A DNA stretch of 64,000 nt. It comes from Felis catus. Taxonomy: Eukaryota. Location: assembly GCF_018350175.1 (NCBI RefSeq), contig NC_058368.1, positions 212,600,001 to 212,664,000 of the forward strand, given 5' to 3'. Each line of letters begins with the position of its first letter. Position 1 is the first letter of the stretch. The position numbers were made by a program, and so were the translations under genes. Positions 13,500 through 26,135 of the stretch are shown here, in pieces. The notes beneath the pieces are model-generated. The model searched no databases. It had not been told where the DNA came from and saw nothing but the letters and a program-made list of their open reading frames with translations.

Positions 13500-14240
13500 G
13501 GCACAATAGGTGTTGTGCCTCTTTTTGGGTTGTACGAGGGGCTAGGTGCAACAACTCATCCTTCAATTTAGAAAGGATATCTTGACATGTCCTTTACCAT
13601 TAGACTCTTAGAAATCTCACTGAGGTAGAACCCCTGAATTATTGTTGGATTTATTTCCTTCTCTCTGTTATGCAAATGTCTTACCAATAAATCTAAAGCA
13701 GCTGCTACTTCTTGCTGACTAGATCCAGTCAGCCTAAGGTCATCAGTGTAACAAACCAGTGTGATAATCTTGTGGAAGGGAAAGGCAATCAAGATCTCTG
13801 CAAATTGAATTATGACACAGGGCTGGAGAGTTGATAATCCCCTTAGGTAAGACAGTGAAGGTGTATTGCTGTCCTTGCCAGCTGAAAGCAAACTTTGTCT
13901 GGTGGTCCTTATTGACTTGTACGGAGAAAAAAAAGCATTCGTATGCCAAGTAAAAGGATATGTTAATTTGCTCAAGCAATGAAACCACATCTGATACAAC
14001 AGCTGCAATTGGAATCATCACCTGGCTAAAATTATGATAATCCATGGTCATTCTCCAAGATCCATCCTTCTTCTATGTAGACCAGACAGATGAGCTGAAT
14101 AAGGATGTGGTGGGAATCACCACCTCTACATCTTTTAAGGTATTGATGGTGGCACTAATTTCTGCAGTCCCTCAAGGAATGTGGTATTATTTTTGGTTTA
14201 CTATTTTCCTAGTTAGAGTCAGTTCTAGAGACTTCCCTTA
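13500..14240 (-). pseudogene. ERV-L reverse transcriptase remnant
   Basis: ORF pieces 'MTMDYHNFSQVMIPIAAVVSDVVSLLEQIN...HQTKFAFSWQGQQYTFTVLPKGIINSPALCHN..RDLD' and 'ITLVCYTDDL.LTG..QQEVAAALDLLVRHL' match ERV-L RT (LPQG and YIDD motifs degenerate to LPKG and YTDD). Frameshifted. Confidence 0.92.
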
Positions 14241-15562
14241 GTCTTTCCTACCATAAAAGCTCTAAGTCCACAGGTCAGGGAACTAATGTGGGAATCCTGC
14301 TAGTGGAGCACACAGTGTGTCTATTCCAATTATGTGTTCTAGAACCTGCAGAGTTGACCACAGGATGGGTTTGGGGACCCACTGGGCACACTCAGATTTG
14401 GACCTGAGCTAATATTTCACTGATCACTTAGTATCTACATGGTTTGGTTTGACTAGTGAACTACAATGACATTTAGGTTTCCTGGAATTCATATCAGTTC
14501 AGAGCCAATGTCTAGTAGTCCCAGAAAGGTTTGATTATTTACTTTTCCCCAGGGATTTATCCTGATAAAAGTTATAGGTCCCTTTGGAAAGGGATGGGAG
14601 AACTGTTAATGGTATAAATTTTTATCAGGCCTCCTCTTCATTCAAGGGGCTTTGGGTGGTTAACTGGTTCGAGTCTGGGAATTGATTGAGGGACTGTGAC
14701 TCTTTGTTTTTGTTCAGGTTAAACTTTTGTTCGCTTGACCTAGAATTTTTCTGTTTATACAATCAAGTAAGAATTTAGTCATTTTCATATCTCTTCCACT
14801 TTTAGGAACACCACAATCAGATACAAAATGCCATTGGTTTACATGAGTCAGACTGTTCTAATTGCTGCTTTGATTCTGTCATCTATTACCATAACCATGT
14901 CACCCTTGCCTTTGACGATTGAGTGCTACCACTTGGCCCCTGCCTCCCCGTAACCCAGTTACTCCCACTGCATTTAGGTTTCCCAATTCAGTGACAGCAG
15001 TTACCACTGTAAGGTCTGACCTATAGAGAAGAGCTGTCATAGAGTTCTTCAAGGATGCCAGGATTCTTCTTACCAATTTATTTCTCACAGTAGTGGTGAA
15101 AGGCATGCCTTTTAAACCCTTCCATTGTGAGTGAGTAGGTCTTAAATGACAAATTTACTCCAACATTCCAATATTTCTAAGCCTTTAATCCCTTTCCATT
15201 AAACCAAGGCAGGTCTGACATTTCCAATTTATTCACCATAGGCTGGCCGCCTTTTAGTCCATGTTTCAGCCAACCAACCAAACTATGAGAGTCCTTCTTC
15301 ACTCCCCAAGATAGAGCATTAAATGCAGAACCTCTGCTTAGTGAAATTACTTAAGTAAATTCAGCCTGACCCAAATTTATGCTCTTTTCACACCCTCAAT
15401 ATTGTTTTACACACATATTCCACAGATTTCTGTCTGTATAAATTAGGAAACTTAAGTAGTTCTTTTGTAATGTAGTACACTTCCTTATGAGTTATACCTC
15501 ATACCTCACCTTTAGGGGTCTGCTGCAAGGAGTCTAGTTATAGGTCAAAAACCAAAGAGGGT

Positions 15563-15728
15563 GGGGCCTCTGTGTGACTCAGTCAGTTAAGTATCTGACT
15601 TTGGCTCAGGTCATGATCTCGCACCTCGTGAATTCAAGCCCCACGTCGGGCTTATGCTGACAGGTCAGAGCCTAGAGCTTGCTTTGAATTCTGTGTCTCC
15701 CTCTCTCTCTGCCCTTCCCCCACTCATG

Positions 15729-15781
<53 letters not shown>

Positions 15782-15797
15782 GTTTTTTAAAAACTAA
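15563..15797 (+). mobile_element. CAN-SINE inserted in ERV-L gag
   Basis: Degenerate tRNA-derived head, (CT)n, A tail; TSD core aaagagggt. Confidence 0.9.
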
Positions 15798-16513
15798 AGA
15801 AAAGAGGGTTTGTGGGAGTGGGTCATGAGGAGAATCAGCATTGCTTGTATGACAAGTACATCAGAGAAGGCCATTACAGTTTCCTCAGGCAATGCAGAGT
15901 TAATCCTCGCAGAATAGGGCAGGATGCAGTGAGTGGAGAGGCTGCTGCTATCACTTGGGAGTGGGGAAGCCACTGCTACTGGGATGGGGAGGCCATTTCT
16001 ATTGAGTGTGGTGAGACTATTTCCACTGGGAGTAAGGAGGCTGCTTTTACTTAAGGGGGTAGAAAGGCCGCTTTCACTGCCAAAGAAGACTCATCAGACT
16101 TTAGGGGCTCAATGTCACTAGCTTCAACAGAATCTTCCCACATAGCTTTATTCCAACTTACAGGAACCCATTATTTCCCCCATCAGGTGTCCTCACTTTA
16201 ACAGTAAACACCCTTTGAGAGTTGGAGTTCAAATTGTACTGAATTGTACTATAATTTAGCCAGGCCCAGGATGAGATTTTGTCTTTAATTTTCAGCAATC
16301 TCAGTCCTGAAACTATAGGAGATAGAGATATCTTTCAGGGCACCCATAGAAGCTTTCAGGTTTTTATGCTTGAGCTGCGAATTCCAATCTCTGAGTTCAT
16401 CCTATTCTTTCACTATTTGTCCAGCTAATTAGGAGCAACAGTAATCTCAATATATTTGTTAGTTTTCCAAAAATGTTCAAAAGTATCATATGCACAGTCT
16501 CCCAACTCCTTGC

Positions 16514-16701
16514 TTTTTTTTAAATGTTTATTTATTTTTGAGAGAGAGAACACACGCGAGGGAGGGGCAGAAGGGAGACACAGAATCTGAAGCTCTATGC
16601 TATTAGCACAGAGCCTGATGCAGGGCTTGAACTCACAGACTATGAGATCATGACCTGAGCTGAAGTCTGTCATTCAACTTACTGAACCACCCAGGTGCCC
16701 C
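16514..16701 (-). mobile_element. CAN-SINE
   Basis: Reverse SINE ending ...ccacccaggtgcccc; TSD ctccttgctt. Confidence 0.9.
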
Positions 16702-16914
16702 ATCTCCTTGCTTCTTATAAATGGTTCATTGAAGTATCCAATAGAGATAATTTGTATATCTGTGTTGCCAGATCGTATCATGGACTATCGGTGCCATCTT
16801 TACTTCTAGAAATAGAGTCATTAGTGTCTCTAAATTTAATCAGGTTAGAGATGCAATTCTGGAAAGCCTAGAACCAATCCAGAAAAAATTGCCCTTAAAA
16901 TTTTGTTCTAGTCT

Positions 16915-17130
16915 GGGGTGCCTGGGTGGCTCAGTAGGTTGAGCATCCGACTTCGGCTCAGGTCATGATCTCATGGTTCATGAGTTTGAGCCCTGCACTG
17001 GGCTCTCTGCTCTCAGCACAGAGCCTACTTTAGATCCTCTGTCTCCCTCTCTCTCTGCCCCTCTCCAGCTTATGCTTTCTGAGTCTCTCTCTCTCTCTCA
17101 AAAATAAGAATAAACATTAATTTTTTTTTT
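16915..17130 (+). mobile_element. CAN-SINE at the ERV-L LTR/internal junction
   Basis: Head ggggtgcctgggtggctcagtaggttgagcatccgacttcggctcagg; TSD aaatttt(a)gttctagtct. Confidence 0.92.
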
Positions 17131-17183
17131 AAATTTTAGTTCTAGTCTGTGTTCTCTAGAGAAACAGAACCAATAGGATGCAA

Positions 17184-17185
<2 letters not shown>

Positions 17186-17231
<46 letters not shown>
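17186..17231. repeat. (CA)n microsatellite within the MLT2 LTR
   Basis: Seen directly. Confidence 0.95.
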
Positions 17232-17233
<2 letters not shown>

Positions 17234-17905
17234 TCATGGGAATTGTCTTATGTTGTTACAGAGGCTGAGAAGTCCCACGGTCTGCATTTGGTAAGCTTGG
17301 AGACTCAGGAGAGCTCATAGTATAATTCCAGCCTGAATCTAAAGTCCTGAGAATCAGAATTGCTAATGGTCTAAGTTCTAGTCCAAGTCCTTTTGGTTTT
17401 TCAGTCAGGCCTCCAGTGGATTGGATGAGGCCCATCCACATTAGGTAGAACAATCTGCCGTCCTCAGTCTACCAATTCAAATATTAATTTCATCCAGAAA
17501 CACCCTCACAGATGCACCCAAAATAATTGTTGGCCAAATATCTAAGTACCCTGTGGCCCAGTCGAGTTGACACATAAAATTAACCATTGTGCTCCTTCTT
17601 TCTCACTCATTCATTTACACCAGCATAAATGCATATATTCTTGTTTTTTCAGTGGGTTTTATATATCTCACATTCATTACTTTGGTGCTGAAATTTTCTC
17701 ATATTTGGTTTATGACAGCCACTTTCAACTGATATCTGTGTCACTTGACATGCTTGCATTTTTCTTTTAGGGACTTTTTTTTTTCTGGCATAACTATTCC
17801 AGGCCCACTTTATACTTTCTTTCCCCAGCCCTGAAATTTAGCTGTTTCTCTAAGAAGGCCTGATTTCTCTTAGCAAAAGATGGTGTTTTGAGAATTGAAG
17901 ATCTT

Positions 17906-18131
17906 GGGGCGCCTGGGTGGCGCAGTCGGTTAAGCGTCCGACTTCAGCCAGGTCACGATCTCGCGGCCGGTGAGTTCGAGCCCCGCGTCGGGCTCTGGGC
18001 TGATGGCTCAGAGCCTGGAGCCTGTTTCCGATTCTGTGTCTCCCTCTCTCTCTGCCCCTCCCCCGTTCATGCTCTGTCTCTCTCTGTCCCAAAAATAAAT
18101 AAACGTTGAAAAAAAAATTAAAAAAAAAAAT
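17906..18131 (+). mobile_element. Young felid CAN-SINE (SINEC_Fc type)
   Basis: CpG-rich intact head ggggcgcctgggtggcgcagtcggttaagcgtccgacttcagccaggtcacgatctcgcgg; long A tail; perfect 15-bp TSD agaattgaagatctt (17891-17905 / 18132-18146). Confidence 0.97.
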
Positions 18132-18804
18132 AGAATTGAAGATCTTGGTATTTAATGTGCTCATTGTTACTGGGGTGGTATTGTTGCTAGATCCACTCAG
18201 CAGAGAGAGCTGGGAAAAATATCTTATATATACATACATACACATATGATGTGCTTTTAAATCTACCTATGTATGTGTATATGTGTATATGTGTGTGTGT
18301 GTTTTAAAAAAATGAGTTTCCACCAACATACCAATACTCTCGATTCCCATCCAGCATCTAACACACTGACCTAAGAATTTTCAAACACCGTACCTTTCTA
18401 TATATGTAAATCCCTTCTCTCGACTCAAAATATTTACTGACATGTTCATTTTCACGTGTATTTAACCACTCTTCCAACCATACCAGCCATGTCCTCAAGA
18501 CTCCAGCCTCACTGCTGCTATTTCAGTTTCAGTTTTTCTATCACCTCTTTGGCCCTTGAGCATGCTGCCACCTCCATGTCTCATGGTCACACTGCCACCT
18601 CTAAGGGGAGGCAACAGAAGGGAGCTTCAACAACTTCTTAGTATTATATTTTTAAATATAGTAAGCATTTAGAATATATAGATTTAATATTCACAGATTT
18701 AGATATCGATAAGAATTCCCCCAAGGTCTTTGTAAGAGTAGATAATTCTACTGAGGCATGAATTTACATTAAACATGCAGGGCTGTGTTTAAGAAAAAGT
18801 CATT

Positions 18805-19267
18805 TACTGTGGGAGCTTTAAACACATCCACAAATTCTTTGCTAGTCTTCCCATGAATAAGGGCTAAGCTTAATGATTTGCCTTTAACAAACAGAATATG
18901 GCAGAAATGATACCACATTATATCCAAGGCCAGATCTTATAAGATGATCTATCTCTTTTCCTCTTGGGATGCTCTCTTTTGGAGCCATGCTATGAGAAAC
19001 CCCAGGCCATATGGAGAGTCTACGTATAGGTGTTCTGGCCAATATCCCAGCTGAGGTCTCAGATTATATGATTACCAGCTTATGTGATGACTCCAGTCCC
19101 CAGCCATTGTATGACTGTAACCACATAAGATAACCTGAGCACAAACTGTCTAGCTGAGCCCAATTAATTCCCAGACTCATGAGAGAGAATAATAATGAAA
19201 CATTTGTGTTTCCTGTAGGCTGCTGAGTTTTGAATGGTTCATTACACAACAGTAGATAATCAGAACA
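18805..19267 (+). mobile_element. MaLR solo LTR (MLT1G/H-like)
   Basis: 'ccacaaattctttg...aacagaatatggcagaaatgatacc...agctgagcccaattaattcccagactcatgagaga...cagtagataatcagaaca'. Confidence 0.7.
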
Positions 19268-19337
19268 TTTATCTAATGACTGTGTCTATCCGCTTGTCCA
19301 GAATCTGATCTCAACACAGATTTGCCATTTATATTTT

Positions 19338-19547
19338 ATTTTATTTTATAATTTTTTAAAGTTTATTTATTTTGAGAGAGAGAGAGAGAGAGGATGCACA
19401 AGCAGGGGAGGGGCAAAGAGAGGGGGATAGAAAGTAGGTTCTCTGCTGGGGAGCCTGACATGGGGCTTGAACTCATGAACAATGAGATCTTGACCAGAGC
19501 CAAAATCAAGAATCAGATGCTTAACTGACTAAGCCACCCAGGCACCC
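19338..19547 (-). mobile_element. CAN-SINE (older subfamily)
   Basis: Reverse SINE with 15-bp TSD tgccatttatatttt. Confidence 0.92.
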
Positions 19548-19749
19548 TGCCATTTATATTTTTGTATGGTAACTTATTTAATTCTTATAACAACTCTATT
19601 AAGTCAACATTAAAATCACCATTTTTTAGAGTTGAAGAGTCATATGTTATTGTGGAAACTTGAGAAATTAAGTCTCAGACAATGTTAAAGTGTCTGCTGA
19701 ACTCATTTTTGTTTTTGTCTCAGTTTTTTTCAGGATCTAAAACCTTGAT

Positions 19750-21130
19750 TACCTCAAAGACTTTTTCATTTATTCCCTTTGATTTTTATACAGCATTTAA
19801 AACCACACAGCATCACTTTCTTTAAGAAATTTTCCTTTTTTCTAGCTTCCATGCCATTATAATAGCCAGTTTTTTCATCCACTTCTCCAACAATTTCTTC
19901 TCTGCCTTCTTGACTCTTCTTTCTTCCCCCCATTTCCCACGGTGACATTTCCCAAGGTGAAATCTGAAGTATTCTCCTCTCTTTACAGTCTTTCCCAGAA
20001 GTCTTCTCTCACTACAATTATCATTTCTAAACAGATAAATTTCCCTGTCTGTATTTATAGCCCTGATTTTTTTCTGTATTTATATTTTCTAGCAAATAAT
20101 TCCCTCTTTAAAACCTCAATGTCATCCCAAAATACAATTAGCATCAGAATCACACTTTCAACTTACTTATCAAATATGACTCTGTCTTTTGACATACTTA
20201 TTCCAGTCTTTGGCATCATTACTTTCTTAATATATCCAAAGTTTAAACTTTATAATCCTTTGATCAATCCATTTTCTTTTTTCCTTTTTTACACTGGGTG
20301 ATGAAGTCCTGATTCTTTTCATCCTTTCTGTTATATTTGACATTACGCCTATCTGAGCAGTTGCCTGCTAACTGGTTGCTAGGCTTCCAACCTCTTTCTT
20401 CCCTAAGCTATCCTACTTATTACTATGAGTTCATATGACTAAAGTATTTTCATATTAAATCCTGATTGAAAACTTCCAAATGCATCTCCTTATTTAAGAC
20501 ATAAAGATTCTCCAGAACTTGACCACAACTGTTTTACTAATTTTCTCATCTTCACCTCTCAAATGTAATTCCAGCATCAGTTGGATAGGTCTGTTCACTG
20601 TCCCTTAAAATTTCTTGCACATGCTTACCTCTTTAACTTTGTTTCCTTTGCTTTCTAGAGTTCTCTCATTTTTTCCTATTTGATCAACTTCAACCCTCAT
20701 TGCATTCTTATCAGCTCAAGTGGTGATAAAAGGGCTTTGAAGAAAAATAAAACAGTATTGAAGGGAGATATGTATATGTGAGAGGTGGGAGGTATTAGTT
20801 TATATACAGTGGTCAGGGGATCCCTCTGTCTCAGAGGAGATCTGAAAGAAATGAAGAGAGATCCACAGATATATCTGAGAGAAGACTATTCCAAACAGAG
20901 GAATCAGCAAATGCAAAAGCTCTGCACCAGAATGTTCTTGGTGCAGTCAATAAACAAGAAAGACCACAGGGCTAGGGTAGAATGAGCAAAGGGAAAGATT
21001 TGGACATGAGGTCAGGTAGGTTGGGGTGCAGCTTTTCCAGAATGGTGATGGTCGTTTTAAGGATTGTGGCTTGACTCTGTGTAAGAAAATCATTGGACTG
21101 GAGGATTTGGACATAATGTCATCTGGTTTA
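19750..21130. mobile_element. LINE-2 relics (pyrimidine-rich + piece ~19750-20700, purine-rich - piece ~20715-21130)
   Basis: L2-like motifs 'cagcatttaaaaccacacagcatcactttct' and 'ctattccaaacagaggaatcagcaaatgcaaaagctctg'. Highly decayed, boundaries approximate. Confidence 0.55.
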
Positions 21131-24100
21131 TGTATTAGATCAGAACTTTATCATGGTGTCCCTTCTCTGGAAATATCAGGAATCTGGAAATTCTCTATAA
21201 AGTCAACAAAACCTCCCTTTTAACAAAACTCATTTAACCTATGGATTATTTTACTATAAGTATAAATCGTAATATGTTCAATATTTGGAGATTTCAAAAA
21301 TTTATGTGCTTGTTTCTTAATTTTTTTCTGCTTTTTTTCTTTGTTTTTGGTGTTTTATAACATAATTTTATTCTCCAAAGTAATACATATACATAGTTTA
21401 AAAGATAAATATTGGTACAAGTTTATAAAAGAAATGATGTTCCTGTCTTCTGCGTTTCCTACCTTTGACTCCTGCTCTCCAATCTAGCTTTTTATGTTGT
21501 TGTTGAGAAATTTGATATTTGATTTCTACACTGTTACATTCTGTTTAATTAGCATGAAGTGAGGGTCTCTATTCACACTCTCAACTAATCCCATTCTAGG
21601 ACATTCCCCGTTTTCATAGATATCTTGTGCCTCTAACTTCTGACCCTTTCTAGGTTTTGCAGTATAAACTATTTTGCTCTTACTTGGCATTACTTTCTGT
21701 TGGCACTTAAGTTTTAACTTATCTGCTCTGTTAAATTAGGGAGCACTCAATTATCTATTTTCCATCTTCCAAAGTTATATTTAAATATCCTGTTTTCTTA
21801 ATTTTTCCACTTATTTTTCTTGTGGGCTTTATACTTCTTAGAAATTTCTTTATATGGATTTGTGGACCTTTCAGGGATTAATATGCCATGTTTAAAGGAA
21901 GTTAAGGATTTCAGAATTTTAAGACATAAGCCTATCTTTCCACCTTTGTTTAAAGAACTCCAATTTCCATATACAGTCTACTATAAAGTACATTCCCTAA
22001 TAGTGCAAAGTAACATCTGCTAATATAAAAGTGCTTTAAGATAAGAACTGAATTCATGAATATCAAATCAACACATGTTAGTCAGGGTCTAACTAGGCAT
22101 CAGGAGGATATAAAAGACCATATAATATGGTCTTTTCTTTTGGAGAACTTACCATCTTGTTGGAATGATAAAGCATACATACTATCATAGCAGAGAGTTA
22201 AAGAGTTTATTAGAAATATAGAAAAATACTAGAAATGGACTTGAATAAAAAAATGGATTATTTAATTAAGTGGACTAACTAAGGTAGGTGATTCTGAGAA
22301 GAATGGGAATGTATGAGTAAAGACATGAATATAAGTTTAAACATAAAAACGATCAGAAAATAAAATACATTTGCAACACTGATACCTACCTATTTTGTCC
22401 ACTTTATGTAATGTTTTTGGGAGGATTTTGAAGGTTGTAGCAATAATAAATTTCAAAGAAATGTTAGTGACCTTAATTATTTATAGTCATTTTAGGCCTT
22501 AAAATAAGTTTCTCTTCAGACAGATTTTTTTGAGTTTTTCTGTTTTAGCTACATAATTCGAAGTGGAGATCAGCCCCTGTGTCTGGCAAAGCTAGACTTA
22601 ATTGGATTAGCAAATGCAAGTCTAGAATTTTAAATACCAAATTTGTGCACATTCTTGGCATTCTAAACCCATTGAAGGCATTTCGGAATGCTTAGAAGTC
22701 TCCAAAGGGTCCAGACTAACCAATCTACCCACTTGGGCAAAAATTTCAAACTAAGGAGACTACATTTTCATTTTAAAATGTTTTCCAATTTCTCAGTGTA
22801 CCACTGCAGTTTAGCTCCTTGCTCGTGAGCCTAAGTGTATCAGAGAATATACTTCTTATTCTCTTTTCTATCTCCCAGGATAGTTGCTAAGCTTTTATGT
22901 ACCCATTTGCAATTTTCCCCATTTGTTAAGTGAATGTTAAATACAGTTACTGTATTCAGACATGTGAGTTCTCATCCAAATGTGATCCTCAGTGAAAGAA
23001 TGTTAATATCCCTTTCTTCCCTTACTGCCCTCATCTTTACAATCCTGGGAGTTTAACTAACTTGCCTTTATGAAGTTTAACTTTGCTGATAGCTTTCAAT
23101 CTTCTTCAATGTTTAATTCGAATCTACTGTTCTGACATAAAGCCTTTCTCAGTTCTAATATATATTTAACCCTACATTACCTGAATTGTGTTTTATCACA
23201 GATTTACACTCTAGCATGTACTACTTCTCTAATAATATGATATATATTTGATGTGATCAGTCCCCCTAGATTGATGAAGAAATAAGTTTCAAAGATGTCA
23301 TATTATGTATAGCATGTAGTTTTGCTGGTAATTCAATCCTTTATTGGACATACATAAAGTAATTTTACTGCAACTGATTATAACCAGTCATAACCATGTT
23401 TCAATCGTGATAGTCTTAGTTAAAACCAACCATCTTTCAAGACATACATGTTTCCCTAAAAAACTACATTCTAAAACTAGGTTTTTGCATGTGAAAAGTA
23501 TTTTCACCTCAGAAGTTAATTTTCCACCCCAGAAATATACTTTCATTTCAGGAATCTTGAAATTTATGGATAAAATGTTTTCAGTTGTTGAACTGTATGT
23601 TTGGTGAGTGGATTTTTATGAAGAGACAATGAACATCAAAACTCCAGCCTAATCTTTAGCAGTTCTTTTGCACATATCTTCCCCCTGTACTCTAACTTGA
23701 ACTTTGAAGTAGTGGCTAGATCTAAGCAAAGATGAAATAACATGTGTATCTTTTTGCCTTTGTGTTCTTACTTTCACACACTCTTTCGGTTTTAGGTTAC
23801 TCTGGATTTAAAGACTAGTCTCTCTGCACTTTTTACAAACAGAGCAATAGACAAGGGAAAGAAGGAAGGGGGGCAGGTAGGAGGAGTGGGAAAGAAGTAG
23901 GAAGGAAATTGGTCGAGTCGTATTTTTCATTGTTTATAGTTTTCTTCAAGAGGGTTAAGGAGGAAGGGTTAGATTTTAGAGCTTGGAGCCTTTTCTACCT
24001 TCTGTCTAGTTCATTCCTTCATTTTTTGGGAGTCATCAAGAAGTATTTCCTCTTGTCTTACCTAAAACACATCTATTTCTATGCAGGTGCTGGAAGCATA

Positions 24101-24544
24101 GCTTCTCCTCTGAAATGGGCTTTTAAAATCTTGTCTTGAATAAAGACCGCCCTCTTCTTGCAAGTGAGTTTTCTATCAGCTGTCAAGGAAACTGAAGTTT
24201 ATTGATATCCTTAGACTTTAAGATTCCTTAGCTTTTTTTGAACATCTTTAGAAGTAACCTGAACACCCAACCTTATGAAACTTATATCAGAGTAAAGGAC
24301 ACCTGGTCCATGGTTCATGAGATATCCTGTGGCCCTGTATGCCTTCAACATTTCAAGATAACCCATCATAAATATGGCCTTTTGTAGAAGAAGAAAAAAT
24401 ATATTGGGAAACGGTAACTTCAAGAACATTGCTTTGTGTTTGAAGTATCATGTATTATCACCATAGTAGTTAACATTTAATAAACATTTACTTGGGTTAG
24501 GTACTGGTCTATGTCCATTCCCTACAAAGATCATGTAAGGTCAT

Positions 24545-24976
24545 TGTGTTTATTTCCTTCTGTAACAAGTTACCATAAATTGAGTGGCTTAAAACTCACC
24601 TATATTCTCATATAGAGGCCAGAAGTTGAAAACCAAAGAATCTACAGGGTCATGTTCTCTTCGAAGGCTCTAAGGGGAATATCTGTCCTTGCCTCTTCCA
24701 GCTTCCTGTGGCTCAAGCATTTCTTGGCTTGTGAATACTGCCAACTCCACCTTCAGGTTCACGTGGCCTTCTCTTCTCCCTGTGTGTCTCTCCTTCTGTG
24801 TGTCTCTTATGAGGGCACTGTCATTGGACTTAGCATCTACTCAGAAAATCCTGAATCATGCCTCAAGATCCTTGACTTAATTACATCTCCAAAGACCCTT
24901 TTTCCAAATGAGGTTACATTCACAGGTTCTGGAGGTTAGAACACAGACATATGGGACTACCATTGAACCCACTACT
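24545..24976 (-). mobile_element. MaLR solo LTR (MLT1C/D-like) inserted into a MIR
   Basis: Reverse MLT1 text ('taccataaattgagtggcttaaaa...aaggctctaaggggaatatctgtccttgcctcttccagcttcctgtggc...ttccaaatgaggttacattcacaggttctggaggttagaac'), with perfect 5-bp TSD gtcat (24540-24544 / 24977-24981). Confidence 0.87.
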
Positions 24977-25364
24977 GTCATTAAAACTTTTTTAGTGGGT
25001 GAAGAAACCAAGGTTCAGAAAATCCACATAACTTGGTCAAGATTAGGTAAGCAATTTGAATCTGGATTAATCTCTCACCAAAATCTGTGCTACTTTTATT
25101 ACATTGTCTCTTATGGGAAACTCTGGATTACATGTTTATCTTGAGGAGAGTTGAAAATTTATAAACACAGTGAATCTTACTCTCTTTTCTTATTAGCCTG
25201 TGCTATTATTATCCTAGTGCCCCTCCAAGTAAACCTACCTTTACCGGGAGACATACCAGTGGAACTCTTTTTTGATAATATGCCTCAAGCATAGTTATCC
25301 CAGTTATCCCAAGTTAAAGCACTAATAAAGAGCATCAATTCCCCCAGCAAATCAATCACTGCAC

Positions 25365-26135
25365 TGCCTAAAAACCAGCTGCCTGATATGTTTTGTCCAG
25401 TCTTAGCGATGTTTATGGCAAAAAGTCTAGCTTGGTACCATTTACTCCATGATAGCTAGAAGGTGAAACTCTATTTAGACAATTAAGCAGAAAAGTAGAG
25501 TATTCTACTTGTACTTTAGAAGGGTCACTCTGCAGTCACAAGGGAATTGGTGGGGAACAGGATTAGGGGCAGAAACACAAACATGTGACAGTGGCAGCAA
25601 TCTTGGTGAAAAATTACTTCTTTAGTAAATATATATTTAGTGCTCACTACATTGTAGGCATGATTCTCATTTTAGTATTAACTTGCTTAATCATTACAAG
25701 TCAGGACCAAGTACTAGTATCATCTCTGTTTCATAGACTGGAAAACTAAGGGACACTGAGAATAAGTAATTTGACCAAGGTACATAGTAGGGCTGGAATT
25801 GAACCCAGGCTGCCCAACTCGAGTCCATGATCTTTAATACATACAATGCTATGGTAAGAGGCCCAGACTAAAGCAATAGAAATGAGTAACCTTTGCTTCA
25901 TGTGCCTGAAAATGATGCGCTTCCCTTTCCAGACATTATTATCAGCAAACATTCTGAGTTTCCAGTGTGAATAAAATGATAACCTCGGCATCTTCCAGGA
26001 TAAGGAAAGGCATTCAAAGCAGAAAAGATTCTCAGCCTACAGTCTAGATAAAGATTGTTAAAAAGACATAAAATCATAAAATAAGTAATCATCAAATGAA
26101 TATACTGCAGAGGAACTCCTGAAGGGCTAAGCAGA
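25365..26135. repeat. Long inverted repeat, left arm (771 bp)
   Basis: The reverse complement aligns without gaps to 26862-27864 once the SINE and one TSD copy are removed; 8 substitutions by manual alignment. The near-identical 81-aa ORFs at 25746-25991(-) and 27238-27483(+) confirm it. Confidence 0.97.

Larger units (their letters stand above)
9983..17591 (-). mobile_element. Near full-length ERV-L provirus with two MLT2-type LTRs (3' LTR ~9983-10820, 5' LTR ~17143-17591), decayed, with nested insertions
   Basis: Both ends share MLT2 text ('tagtctg.gttct..agagaaaca...' and 'aacaccctcacaga.acacccag/aaataat.tt..ccaaatatct..gtac...tggcc.agtc.agttgacatataaaattaaccatt'). The interior encodes ERV-L gag, pro, RT, RNaseH, IN and dUTPase remnants on the minus strand. 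Confidence 0.92.
9190..18470 (-). mobile_element. Old L1MC-type 3' end, split in two (9190-9982 and ~17592-18470) by the ERV-L insertion
   Basis: L1MC-like antisense 3'UTR motifs on both sides of the provirus ('ttctccaaatgttaacattctaccaca', 'ttgtctgccagtttgctccactgtaaagtcactatttcc', 'cccagccctgaaatttagctgtttctctaagaagg'). Subfamily is uncertain. Confidence 0.55.

Noticed and set aside
17850..18245. Recurrent ORFs 'RETEHERGRGRERGRHRI' and 'AQSVKRPTSAQVMIS' (also at 26957, 37297, 46637, 46901)
   Set aside because: Translations of CAN-SINE sequence, not genes.
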